Positions 8,347 to 17,552 of a stretch of DNA of 64,000 nt are shown one piece after another (positions within the stretch are counted from its first letter, which is position 1; the number at the start of each line of letters is the position of its first letter). This DNA is from Planctomycetota bacterium (lineage in GTDB: Bacteria > Planctomycetota > Phycisphaerae > WQYP01), in NCBI GenBank assembly GCA_021851715.1, contig JAJZCR010000004.1, positions 8,703 to 72,702 of the forward strand, in the 5' to 3' direction. The notes below the pieces were generated by a model, which had not been told where the DNA came from, did no database searches, and saw only the letters and a list, made by a program, of their open reading frames with translations. Made by a program: the position numbers and the translations under genes.

Positions 8347-8575
8347 ACGCGCATCAGGAAAATAACGCCCGCCGCGGATGAAGGCAGTTCGCCGCCAACA
8401 TCCCGGCACTGGGCCATTATGCCCGGTTTTCCGCGGATAACCAAATTATTTTGCCAAACCGACGACATTATAGGATGCCTAGACGTGCCAATACGGCAGT
8501 CCACCACGGCGGGTGGGTTTTATACGCCCCGGAGTATTTTTTGGTTTCCGGACCTGACTGCGGCGGGAACCTGTT

Positions 8576-10201
8576 TTACCTGCCTTGGGCCGCGACCGGC
8601 CGCCCGCCGCTGCCTGCCGCAATAAAGGCACGTACCACTTGCGCAAGTTTGCGCCGCATGGGAGCCGGGTGATAGACCATGTGCCCCCCCCGAAAAAACG
8701 CTTCCTTGATATTGGCCTGAAGTCGCGGGCTCAAGTTCAGATGATCCATCGTGTAGATCGTGGCGAAAAAAGGTGTGGCCAGATCAAAATAGCCGCTGCA
8801 CACCAGCACCTTCATATCCGGATTGCCGATCATCGCCCGCTGCAGATTATCCGCGACATTAAGATAGCCGTTGCCGCGGGTATTAAATTTCCACGGCAGA
8901 TTGGCCAGCGTCTTGTAACGCAGATTGTTGGTGTAGTGCAAATCGCGCCGCACATACCAGTTAAACGCGCTGGTGAACGGTGCCACATAGCGCGACAAAC
9001 CCGGATCATACGGTGCCATACCGGCCGTCGGATCCGGGTTGTACCCGCTCAGCCGGGTGTCCATGCGGCTTACCACCAGCCGCTGGGAACGCAGCAGCCG
9101 CTGTTCAAAGGCAAACGGATTGATGCGCAGGTTGGCCAGCAAAATAAATTTTTCCGGCAGACCGGTATAGCGGGCCAGCTTGGCGGCAATCACCGCCCGC
9201 CGGGCCTTGCTTAAGGTGCTGCCTTCGGCCAGTGCCGGCATGTACACATGCAAGGCCCATCTTTCCACCTTGGCCAGGGTGCGATGAAAATGCGCTTCCA
9301 GATCCGCCGGTAGTTTGTGATGATACCACGCCGTCGCCGTGTAGGATGGCAGATACAATGGGTACGGAACCTCATTGCCGGCCGATGGTTCCAGGGTTTC
9401 AAAATTCAACACCGACGAAATTAAAATCACCCCGTTGAGATCCAGGCCCTCATGCCCGCTTAAATAATCGGCCAGCGCCGCGGCGCGCGTGGTACCGTAA
9501 CTTTCTCCCGCCAGAAACACCGGCGATCCCCAGCGCTGATAGGCGGTCATATATCGGCGTATAAAACTGCCCATCGATTGAATATCCGGCATCACGCCGA
9601 AAAATCTGGAAGCCGGCACTCCGGGGGCCGCCCGGCTGTAGCCGGTGCCCACCGGATCCACAAACACCAGATCGGTGGCCGTCAGCCAGGTCTGATGATT
9701 GGGGGCCAGCCTGTAGGGTGGAGGTGGAACCTTGCCTGTGGGCGTCAGCACCAGCCGCGTCGGCCCGGCGCAGCCCAGATTCAGCCATACCGCCGCCGCA
9801 CCCGGCCCGCCGTTAAATGCAAACGTCAGCGGCCGGGCGGCCTTCCGGCCCGCCGCCACATCTTTGGTGTAGGCAATAAAGAAAATCCGGGCCAGCAACT
9901 TACCGGAGCGATTGGTCATGGGCATGTATCCGCTGGTAATGGTGTAATGCAGCGGATGACCATGGATCATGATCTGTTGATGCACGATCGACAAAACATT
10001 CGGCTTCGCCGCCGGCACATGTCCCACAATGGCCTGGATGGCCGCGGCCGTCGCCGGAGCGGGATGAGGAATGGCCGGGGCCTTGATCACCGCCGGATGG
10101 TGCGGCGTGGAACGCGGCAAATCACCGGCCTGGGCTACAGCCAGGCGGGCATTGAAAATCAGGGCCAAACCACAAGTCATTTTGCATAAAGCTTTGGTCA
10201 T
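8576..10201 (-). CDS. Secreted serine carboxypeptidase, peptidase family S10-like
   Basis: The N-terminal signal-like segment is MTKALCKMTCGLALIFNARLAVAQA. Family motifs are FNGGPGAAAVWLNLG and the catalytic-Ser motif LAGESYGT. The ATG is at 10201. Confidence 0.8.
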   Translation of the reverse strand: MTKALCKMTCGLALIFNARLAVAQAGDLPRSTPHHPAVIKAPAIPHPAPATAAAIQAIVGHVPAAKPNVLSIVHQQIMIHGHPLHYTITSGYMPMTNRSGKLLARIFFIAYTKDVAAGRKAARPLTFAFNGGPGAAAVWLNLGCAGPTRLVLTPTGKVPPPPYRLAPNHQTWLTATDLVFVDPVGTGYSRAAPGVPASRFFGVMPDIQSMGSFIRRYMTAYQRWGSPVFLAGESYGTTRAAALADYLSGHEGLDLNGVILISSVLNFETLEPSAGNEVPYPLYLPSYTATAWYHHKLPADLEAHFHRTLAKVERWALHVYMPALAEGSTLSKARRAVIAAKLARYTGLPEKFILLANLRINPFAFEQRLLRSQRLVVSRMDTRLSGYNPDPTAGMAPYDPGLSRYVAPFTSAFNWYVRRDLHYTNNLRYKTLANLPWKFNTRGNGYLNVADNLQRAMIGNPDMKVLVCSGYFDLATPFFATIYTMDHLNLSPRLQANIKEAFFRGGHMVYHPAPMRRKLAQVVRAFIAAGSGGRPVAAQGR

Positions 10202-10637
10202 GAAAAGTTTCCCCGCGTTAAAACCAAATTTCCACCAATTAAGGTTTTATAAGGCCTATACGTTGATCAGGCAACCGGGTTCAAGCCGCCGGTGCGCACC
10301 AGTACGCTGCCGCCTGCGCGGCCAAGACAACTCGCTTCAGGTGGGCCTGCCGGCCCAATTCACTGCCCCGCCGATGGCCTCCATTGCCGGCCGGACCTGT
10401 GCCATCACCCGCACCGCCGTGCTATGGACTTAATGACCGGTGACCCCTAGAATAGGTTGGATGATAATATCGTTTACATTCTCGTTGAATGTGAATTGAT
10501 TAACAATATATCGGCTTTTACAGTGAGGGTATCCCATCAATTCCAATAATTCCGGTGGTGCGGCATTCGGCGACCAGCCGATTCCGCTCGACTATCAAAT
10601 CCATACAGGCCAGGCCGGTCCGGCGGCTGGTGCGGAC

Positions 10638-13109
10638 TTGGCTCTGCCTGGTCATGCGTCAACAGAAGGCTCCAATGATCCGACATCCGGCAGCGGCAAA
10701 AGATCGCGCCGCCGCCGCAGACGTGGTGGCCGGGGCCGCGGCCGTGGACGCGGGCGCAGTGGTGCAACCGCCGCCAATAAGCTTCCCGCCTCTGCCACCC
10801 AGCAGCCGGAGGAGTCTGATTCACCAGCGACCGACTCCCCCATGACCGCTTTGCCAACCGCGCCGCGGCCGGAAGCTCATCTGGACGATGCTGTGCCGCC
10901 CTCCATCCCGACGGCCCCACCGCTGCCGCAACCATCAAGCCCCTCCGACCGTTCCACCGCGGTGCCATCACCCGTGCAACGCTCAGGTGCGGCGTCGCTA
11001 CGAAGTTCGTCGCGACGCGTGGTCCATGCGGCACCCGGGGCCATCCAGCACCTTGGACGGCGTTCCTTCGGCGGAGCCAACCGCGTGCGCCATCAGTTTC
11101 GCCCGTCTGGAAACCCGCCCTCCCTTGAAGAGGCCTCTTTGCCTCCGAAAACCGCCTCGGAAGTCGGCCCGCAAACGGATGAACCATTGGCCGTTGATGC
11201 CGCCGGCGCACCGGGCGCAATGCAGGCACCGCACGTAGTCCACAGCTACCCGGCAACACCGGCACCCGTGGAACCGGAGCACGATGAACTTTCCAGCGAA
11301 CCGGATGATTTTGCCGCCGCCGCTGATACGGAAGGCGCTGCCAACCCGGATGCCGCGCACGAGGCTCCGGCCGCCCCGCGCCGCAGCGGCCCACCGAGCC
11401 AGTTGCTGATCAACGTGGCCCAGCAGGATGAAGTGCGGATTGCCATGGTGTGCCAGGGCGTGCTGGAAGAACTTTATATGGAGCGGTCCAGCACGGAACT
11501 GCATGTGGGCAACATCTACAAAGGCCGCGTGGTGAATGTAGAACCCAGCATTCAGGCGGCATTTATTGATTTTGGAATTGAGAAAAACGGCTTCTTGCAC
11601 ATCAGCGATCTGCACCCACAGTATTTTTCCGGAGCGCAGCGCCGCATCGGCCAGGCACGCCGGCCTGGCACCGGCGGCCCGGAAGAGGATGGCGCTGCGG
11701 AACCGGCCGACACCGATGATGAGGGTGCCGATGACGAAATGCCCGGCGGCATTTACGGTGACGGCGAACTGGAAATGTCCGAAGACGCGCTCCACGAAGC
11801 GGTGATGGATTCCGGCAGCGAGCACATTCGCCCCATGGAAAAGGTCGGACGCAAAACCCCCCGCCACAGCCGCCCGCCCATTCAGCAATGTCTGCGCCGC
11901 GGACAGGATGTCATTGTGCAGGTGACCAAGGAAGGCATCGGCAACAAAGGCCCCACACTCACCAGCTACATCAGCCTTCCGGGGCGTTACCTGGTCATGA
12001 TGGCGGGCATGAGCCAGTTGGGAGTCTCCCGCAAAATCGAAAATGACGAGCAGCGCCGCGCCATGCGCAAGCTGCTGCAGGAACTGAATCCTCCAAAAAA
12101 TCTGGGCTTTATCATTCGCACCGCCGGCATGGACCGCACCAAAAAGGAACTCCAGCAGGACCTGCTGTACCTGGTGCGCATCTGGAAACTCATCAACGAG
12201 CGAATTGCCACCCTCCCGGCCCCGGCCGAGCTTTACCAGGAAAGCGACCTGGTCATTCGCACCATCCGCGATCTGGCCGTGCAGGATATTGACCGCATCA
12301 TTGTGGATGATCCGGTGGCCGCCGATCGGGTGCATGATTTTCTGGAAATCATCAGTCCAAAATCCGCGGGAATGGTGGAAGTGTATCGTGAGCCGCTCCC
12401 CTTATTCCAGAGATTCAATGTCGAACGCCAGATCGACCGCATCAATTCCCGCCGGGTGGAAATGGCCAACGGCGGCTCGCTGGTCATTGATTCCGCCGAA
12501 GCGCTGGTCGCCATCGACGTCAATTCCGGCCGTTATCGCGAACATCGCGATGCGGAACTGACCGCCTTTAACATCAACAAGGACGCCATTCGCGAAATCT
12601 GCCGGCAACTGCGTCTGCGCGATCTCGGCGGCGTGATTGTGATTGACTTTATTGATATGCGTGAAGACCGGCACAAGCGCGAGATAGAGCGGTTGCTGCG
12701 CGATGAATTGCGCCACGACCGGGCCCGCACCAAGGTTCTGCGCATGAGCCAGTTCTGCATGATTGAGTTGACGCGCCAACGCATGAAACCCAGCCTGAAG
12801 CGCAGTATTTATCAGGATTGTCCGCACTGCCACGGAGCCGCCTTGATCAAAACTCCGGAGAGCGTGACGCTGGATGTGATCCGCCGCCTGGCCGCCGGTG
12901 CCACGCGCGCCGACATCGCCCGCATTGAAGTGCGGGTGTATCCGTCGGTGGCCACGTTTCTGCTGAATCGGCAGCGCAAAGCTCTGGTGGATATGGAAGA
13001 GCGCACCGGCAAACGCTTCAACATCACCGGCGATGCCGGTTTATCCGGTGATGCGGTCCTGCTGGAAGCCTTTGACTCGCGGGGCAATCTGCTCAATTTG
13101 ATTTTGTAG
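10638..13109 (+). CDS. rne: Ribonuclease E/G family endoribonuclease with a long disordered Arg/Pro-rich N-terminal extension
   Basis: The S1 domain is GNIYKGRVVNVEPSIQAAFIDFGIEKNGFLHISD, the DNase-I-like core is ALVAIDVNSGR, and the Zn-link is CPHCHG. An RRRRRRGGRGRGRGRGR tract lies near the N-terminus. The track start is a TTG, so the true start is uncertain. Confidence 0.85.
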   Translation: MALPGHASTEGSNDPTSGSGKRSRRRRRRGGRGRGRGRGRSGATAANKLPASATQQPEESDSPATDSPMTALPTAPRPEAHLDDAVPPSIPTAPPLPQPSSPSDRSTAVPSPVQRSGAASLRSSSRRVVHAAPGAIQHLGRRSFGGANRVRHQFRPSGNPPSLEEASLPPKTASEVGPQTDEPLAVDAAGAPGAMQAPHVVHSYPATPAPVEPEHDELSSEPDDFAAAADTEGAANPDAAHEAPAAPRRSGPPSQLLINVAQQDEVRIAMVCQGVLEELYMERSSTELHVGNIYKGRVVNVEPSIQAAFIDFGIEKNGFLHISDLHPQYFSGAQRRIGQARRPGTGGPEEDGAAEPADTDDEGADDEMPGGIYGDGELEMSEDALHEAVMDSGSEHIRPMEKVGRKTPRHSRPPIQQCLRRGQDVIVQVTKEGIGNKGPTLTSYISLPGRYLVMMAGMSQLGVSRKIENDEQRRAMRKLLQELNPPKNLGFIIRTAGMDRTKKELQQDLLYLVRIWKLINERIATLPAPAELYQESDLVIRTIRDLAVQDIDRIIVDDPVAADRVHDFLEIISPKSAGMVEVYREPLPLFQRFNVERQIDRINSRRVEMANGGSLVIDSAEALVAIDVNSGRYREHRDAELTAFNINKDAIREICRQLRLRDLGGVIVIDFIDMREDRHKREIERLLRDELRHDRARTKVLRMSQFCMIELTRQRMKPSLKRSIYQDCPHCHGAALIKTPESVTLDVIRRLAAGATRADIARIEVRVYPSVATFLLNRQRKALVDMEERTGKRFNITGDAGLSGDAVLLEAFDSRGNLLNLIL

Positions 13110-13115
13110 CCGCGG

Positions 13116-14396
13116 TTATTGATCCGGATCGTTCTGATTGACGCGGCGAATTTTAGCCCCCAGGGCGTTAAGCCGTTCTTCAATCCGCTCGTAACCGCGA
13201 TCAATGTGGTACACGCGGTTGACCGTGGTGGTGCCCCGTGCCGCCATCCCCGCCAGCACCAGGGCCGCCGAGGCCCGCAAATCACTGGCCATGACCGGTG
13301 CCCCGATCAGACGCTGTTCACCCTCGACAATGACCGTGGCCCCTTCGCGATGCACCCGCGCACCCATGCGCGACAGCTCGGCCACGTGCAGAAAGCGATC
13401 CGGGAAAATTTTCTCCGTGATAATGCTGTTGCCATCCGCCAGGGCCAGAAGCGCCATAAACTGGGCCTGCAAGTCCGTGGGAAAGCCGGGGTGCGGCTGG
13501 GTGGTGATGGTGGTCGCCCGCATCCGGCCCAGGGCCGCCACCGTGCAATTGCCGCCATCCTTTTCCACCGACACCCCGATGCCGCGCAATTTATCAATCG
13601 CCGCCAGCAGATGATCCAGTCGCACATTTTCCAATGTCACTTCACCGCTGCAGATGGCCGCGGCCACCATAAACGTGCCCGCTTCAATGCGGTCCGGGAT
13701 AATGCGATGCTCGCAGCCGCGCAGTTCCTTGACCCCTTCAATCACGATCCTCGGGGTGCCATGGCCGCTGATTTTTGCGCCCATGGCAATAAGATAATTT
13801 GCCAAATCCACCACTTCCGGCTCGCAGGCCGCGGATTCAATCACGGTGGTTCCCTCGGCCAGGGCGGCGGCACACATCACGTTGTCGGTGCCCAGCACGG
13901 TCGACCCGAAATTGCCGCCCAGAAAAATTTCCGCTCCGCGCAGGCGCGGCGCGTCGATGACAATATCGCCTCCATCCAGTTCCACCGTGGCCCCCAGCGC
14001 CTTGAGGCCCCGCAGGTGAATATCCACTGGCCGATCGCCGATGGCGCAGCCGCCGGGCATCGAAACCCGGGCGTGTTTGCGCTTGGCCAGCAGCGGCCCC
14101 AGCACGCAGATGCTGGCCCTCATTTTCCGGACCAGATCGTAGCGGGCGAGGCTGTTGGATTCGTCTACAACCTCAATGCGCAAGCCGCCGTCTTTTTGCC
14201 GCTGCACCTGCGCCCCCAGTTCCATGAGCAGGCCGTTCTGATGGGTAATGTCGGAAAGATCCGGAACATCGTAGATGACCGACGGGCCGTTGGCCAGAAG
14301 CGCCCCGGCCATAATGGGCAACGCCGCGTTTTTGGAGCCATTAATACGTATAGCGCCTTTGAGGCGCGTTCCACCTTCAATAATCAGTGAATCCAT
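13116..14396 (-). CDS. murA: UDP-N-acetylglucosamine 1-carboxyvinyltransferase
   Basis: [35 protein letters not shown] is the canonical MurA N-terminus. A strong AAGGAGGA SD (reverse complement of 14405-14412) precedes the ATG at 14396, and the longer track ORF is rejected. Confidence 0.95.
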   Translation of the reverse strand: MDSLIIEGGTRLKGAIRINGSKNAALPIMAGALLANGPSVIYDVPDLSDITHQNGLLMELGAQVQRQKDGGLRIEVVDESNSLARYDLVRKMRASICVLGPLLAKRKHARVSMPGGCAIGDRPVDIHLRGLKALGATVELDGGDIVIDAPRLRGAEIFLGGNFGSTVLGTDNVMCAAALAEGTTVIESAACEPEVVDLANYLIAMGAKISGHGTPRIVIEGVKELRGCEHRIIPDRIEAGTFMVAAAICSGEVTLENVRLDHLLAAIDKLRGIGVSVEKDGGNCTVAALGRMRATTITTQPHPGFPTDLQAQFMALLALADGNSIITEKIFPDRFLHVAELSRMGARVHREGATVIVEGEQRLIGAPVMASDLRASAALVLAGMAARGTTTVNRVYHIDRGYERIEERLNALGAKIRRVNQNDPDQ

Positions 14397-14564
14397 GGAA
14401 GAAATCCTCCTTGATCTTGGTGATAAACCCGATGGACCATGCCGCCGGCGTCCATACCCGCGGTGAAAATCCGTCCTGGAATAATGTAACCGATAACGAT
14501 CCGGGCGCATACCGCCCGCCCATCCGCAATCTCCGGCCGACGCCCCCGCACACCGGACAGCAGG

Positions 14565-17111
14565 TCAGTGCTGCCACACAATATGCTCTACTTCCAGGGG
14601 AACGGATACGCCGTCGTCATGGGCTATGATGCGGGCGGTATAGTCCGCTGCCGGGCGTTTGGCCGGCACCTCGGCGGTGTAGGCATACCCGCCCGTTGCA
14701 CCGATAAGGCACCGCACACATTGCATGGGATGCCGCTCGGGCGGACCGCCGTCGGCAGAATCGGCGAAAAGTTCAACCCGCACCCAGGCCGGGTCAAAAT
14801 CATTGATATACACTTGTACATCAAACGTATGCTTATCACCATCGGTGGTCACATGCATTTCACCAAACCGAACCTCAGCCCATTTTTCCTGCAGCTTCCC
14901 CTGCCATTCCAGTATTTTCGCGCCTTCCCGCCCCTGGTTGGCGGCGCGGACCAGGTACCGGGCCGCGGCCGGCACGTAATGAAGTTCGGTGTATTGGCGT
15001 ACCGTGCGATTGGTGCAGAACTGCGGCGTAAGACGGGCCATGCTTTCGCGCATCTTGGCCACCCAGCCGGTGGGAATGCCATTGGCATCACGCGTGTAAA
15101 ATTCCGGTATTACCTGCTCCTCCAGGCGGTCGTACAACTGCTGCGCTTCCTGGCAATCCCAGGCCGCATCTTCGCCGCGTTCCCGGCCATCACCCAGCGC
15201 CCAGCCAAGCTCCGGCGCATAAGCTTCAGCCCACCAGCCATCCAGTTCCGACAGGTTCAGGCCGCCGTTTACCAGCACCTTCATGCCGCTGGTTCCGGAT
15301 GCTTCCCACGGGCGGCGCGGGGTGTTGATCCAGATATCCACACCGCGCACCAGCCGCTGTGCCAGGCGCATATCGTAATCGCGCAGAAATACAATGTGCG
15401 GACGTACGTCCGGCCGCCGAATAAAGCGAATCCATTCCTGGATGAGATGCTGGCCGGCGACATCCGCGGGATGAGCTTTCCCGGCAATAATCAGTTGCAC
15501 CGGCCGGTGCGAGTTGGTCAAAAGTCGCAGCAATCGAGCCTGGTCATACAGCAGCAGGTTGGGCCGTTTGTAGGTGGCGAAGCGCCGGGCGAAACCCAGC
15601 GTTAGCACATTGGGATCCAGTACGTGACGGGCGGCGGCGACCAACTCCGGCGGACGTCCCAATGCCTCCCATTGGTGGGCCAGACGGGTTCGGGCCTCTT
15701 CCACCAGCAACTGCCGGCCGGTGGTGCGCAATTGCCAAAGCTGTGCATCGGGCACGGACCGAATTTTTTCCGCCAGCGTTTCCGTCGTACCCAGCCAGCG
15801 GTCCGCCCCGCAGGCATCGGCCCAGAATGCATCCGCCGCCGCCGATTCCCAACTCGGCACATGAATGCCGTTGGTAATATGGGAAACCGGCACTTCGTCG
15901 CGCGGCCAGCGTGGAAACAGCGGCGCAAACAATTCGCGGCTCACCTGCCCATGCAGACGGCTGACCGCGTTGACGGCCCCGCTGCCACGCAGGGCCAGGT
16001 ACGCCATATTGAAAGGCTCCTGATCATCTGCGGGATTCTGCCGGCCCAGGGCGAACAAATCTCGGTGCGAAATACCCAGTTTTTCCTGGGCATAACGGCC
16101 CAGATACTGGGCGATCAGGGCCGGGGCAAAGCGGTCAAACCCCGCCGCCACCGCCGTGTGGGTGGTAAATAAATTGCCGGCCCGTGTGGCCGCCAGCGCG
16201 GCATGAAAGCTCTGCCCGGTCTTATCCTTAAAGCTGCGGGCCCGCTCCAACACGGCAAAGGCGGCGTGCCCTTCGTTCAGATGACACACTTCCGGATGCA
16301 GGCCCAGGGCTTCCAGCAGCCGCCACCCGCCGATGCCCAGCAATATCTCCTGCTTTAATCGCAGTTCCGGCCCGCCACCGTAGAGTTCGCTGGTAATACC
16401 GCGATGAATGGGATAATTAGCCACATCGTTGCTATCGAGCAGGTAGAGTTTGCGCCTGCCCACCACCACCTGCCACGCCCGCAGCCAGACCGAATAGCCC
16501 GGCAACGCTATTTCCAGCCGCAGCCATTCGCCATTGGTCTGGCGCAACGGCGTGATGGGCAATTGGCCGGGGTCATTGTATGGAAACAGGGCCTCCTGAT
16601 TGCCATCATGATCGATGGCCTGCCGGAAATAACCCTGCTGATAAAGCAAGCCAACCGCCACAACGGGCACATCCAGATCGCTGGCGGACTTGAGTTGGTC
16701 ACCGGCCACGTTCCCCAGCCCGCCGGAATAAATCGGCAGTGCTTCGCTTAACATGTATTCCATGCTGAAATAGGCCACGCACGTCAATGGCGACTTGGAA
16801 TAATGCCGACCAAACCAGCTTGGAGCGTCCAAACAGCGCTGCCGCTCCTGCACCTGAGCCTCCACCTGGCTGCGAAATTCCGGATCCGCCAGCAGGTTCC
16901 GCAGCTTTTCGGGTGATACCGTTTGCAGTACCACCCACGGGTTGCGCGTCTCTTCCCACAAGGCTCCATCCAGTTGCCGCCAGAGGCCGTCGGCGGCACG
17001 GTTCCAACTGGAACGCAGATCCAATGCCAGCGTGGCCAGCGCGTCCACGCCGTCAATTTTCAAAGGCAGGATAGTATCAAACCGGCTGTGGCTGTCGGAA
17101 GATGGCGTCAT
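14565..17111 (-). CDS. glgP: Alpha-glucan (glycogen/maltodextrin) phosphorylase, GT35 family
   Basis: Family motifs are YSGGLGNVAGDQLKSASDL and the PLP-Lys region EASGTSGMKVLVNGGLNLSELDGWW. The ATG at 17111 (MTPSSD) is preferred over the TTG at 17138. Confidence 0.9.
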   Translation of the reverse strand: MTPSSDSHSRFDTILPLKIDGVDALATLALDLRSSWNRAADGLWRQLDGALWEETRNPWVVLQTVSPEKLRNLLADPEFRSQVEAQVQERQRCLDAPSWFGRHYSKSPLTCVAYFSMEYMLSEALPIYSGGLGNVAGDQLKSASDLDVPVVAVGLLYQQGYFRQAIDHDGNQEALFPYNDPGQLPITPLRQTNGEWLRLEIALPGYSVWLRAWQVVVGRRKLYLLDSNDVANYPIHRGITSELYGGGPELRLKQEILLGIGGWRLLEALGLHPEVCHLNEGHAAFAVLERARSFKDKTGQSFHAALAATRAGNLFTTHTAVAAGFDRFAPALIAQYLGRYAQEKLGISHRDLFALGRQNPADDQEPFNMAYLALRGSGAVNAVSRLHGQVSRELFAPLFPRWPRDEVPVSHITNGIHVPSWESAAADAFWADACGADRWLGTTETLAEKIRSVPDAQLWQLRTTGRQLLVEEARTRLAHQWEALGRPPELVAAARHVLDPNVLTLGFARRFATYKRPNLLLYDQARLLRLLTNSHRPVQLIIAGKAHPADVAGQHLIQEWIRFIRRPDVRPHIVFLRDYDMRLAQRLVRGVDIWINTPRRPWEASGTSGMKVLVNGGLNLSELDGWWAEAYAPELGWALGDGRERGEDAAWDCQEAQQLYDRLEEQVIPEFYTRDANGIPTGWVAKMRESMARLTPQFCTNRTVRQYTELHYVPAAARYLVRAANQGREGAKILEWQGKLQEKWAEVRFGEMHVTTDGDKHTFDVQVYINDFDPAWVRVELFADSADGGPPERHPMQCVRCLIGATGGYAYTAEVPAKRPAADYTARIIAHDDGVSVPLEVEHIVWQH

Positions 17112-17386
17112 CTTGCAACACTGCACTTTCTGTATCAACCGCCGAACATTAAACCATCATAGTGGCGGCCGGTCCCGGCAATCAAGCGATCGGTGCGCCT
17201 CGAGCCAGCCGGCCCCACGCAGCACGGCCGTCAGCCAGGCCCCGTGTTCGTTCCTCCAACGACATCAATTTTGTGCAGGCAGACGGCGACGAGGTCCGCA
17301 AGAACCCTGGCTGTGTCCACCGCCTGAGCCCACCGGCCAGGTCCGCCGGTGTGCTCTGGCAAGGCGGAAGCACATTGCGCCTGGTC

Positions 17387-17506
17387 AATCCCGATAGCTT
17401 GCTCATTGCCGCATCGGGATTTCGGCGTCTGTGCCTCAAGCGGCTGAAGGGGTCCAGCCGGCTACGGAAAAACGAAAACGCCCGTGAGGAAGCGGCGTTA
17501 CAATCG
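17387..17506 (+). repeat. Most complete copy (B) of the dispersed intergenic repeat element
   Basis: Hairpin 1 is AATCCCGAT (17387-17395) / ATCGGGATT (17413-17421) with a 17-nt loop. Hairpin 2 is GGCGT-CT-GTGCC (17424-17435). GGGGTCCAGCCGGCTACGG lies at 17449-17467. A 28-nt core at 17479-17506 is identical to 45140-45167. Confidence 0.6.
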
Positions 17507-17552
17507 TGAACCAGCCGGAAAAATCGCACCCGGGCTGGGAGCACGCTGGATA

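Noticed and set aside
10998-12335. 445-aa ORF on the minus strand inside rne
   Set aside because: It is antisense to a gene with unmistakable RNase E motifs. Its product is H/G/A/R-rich with no motifs, a typical GC-rich shadow ORF.
13119-14390. 423-aa ORF on the plus strand covering murA
   Set aside because: It is a shadow of murA on the opposite strand. Its composition is R/G/H/Q-rich and MurA homology is unambiguous on the minus strand.
14568-15605. 345-aa plus-strand ORF inside glgP; similar long antisense ORFs occur at 7141-7914, 39035-39841, 43236-44057, 46276-47127, 57136-58059 and 59876-60760
   Set aside because: All lie opposite genes with strong family signatures (kinase-like, hemC, clpC, xfp, metK, dnaE). 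All have low-complexity Arg/Gly/His/Pro-rich translations, so they are GC-driven shadow ORFs.
17337-17373. CCAGGTCCGCCGG...AAGGCGGAAGCAC reminiscent of the SRP (4.5S) RNA helix-8 motif
   Set aside because: It does not reproduce the conserved GGUCAGGUCCGGAAGGAAGCAGCC core or its symmetric loop. No convincing long helix could be drawn.
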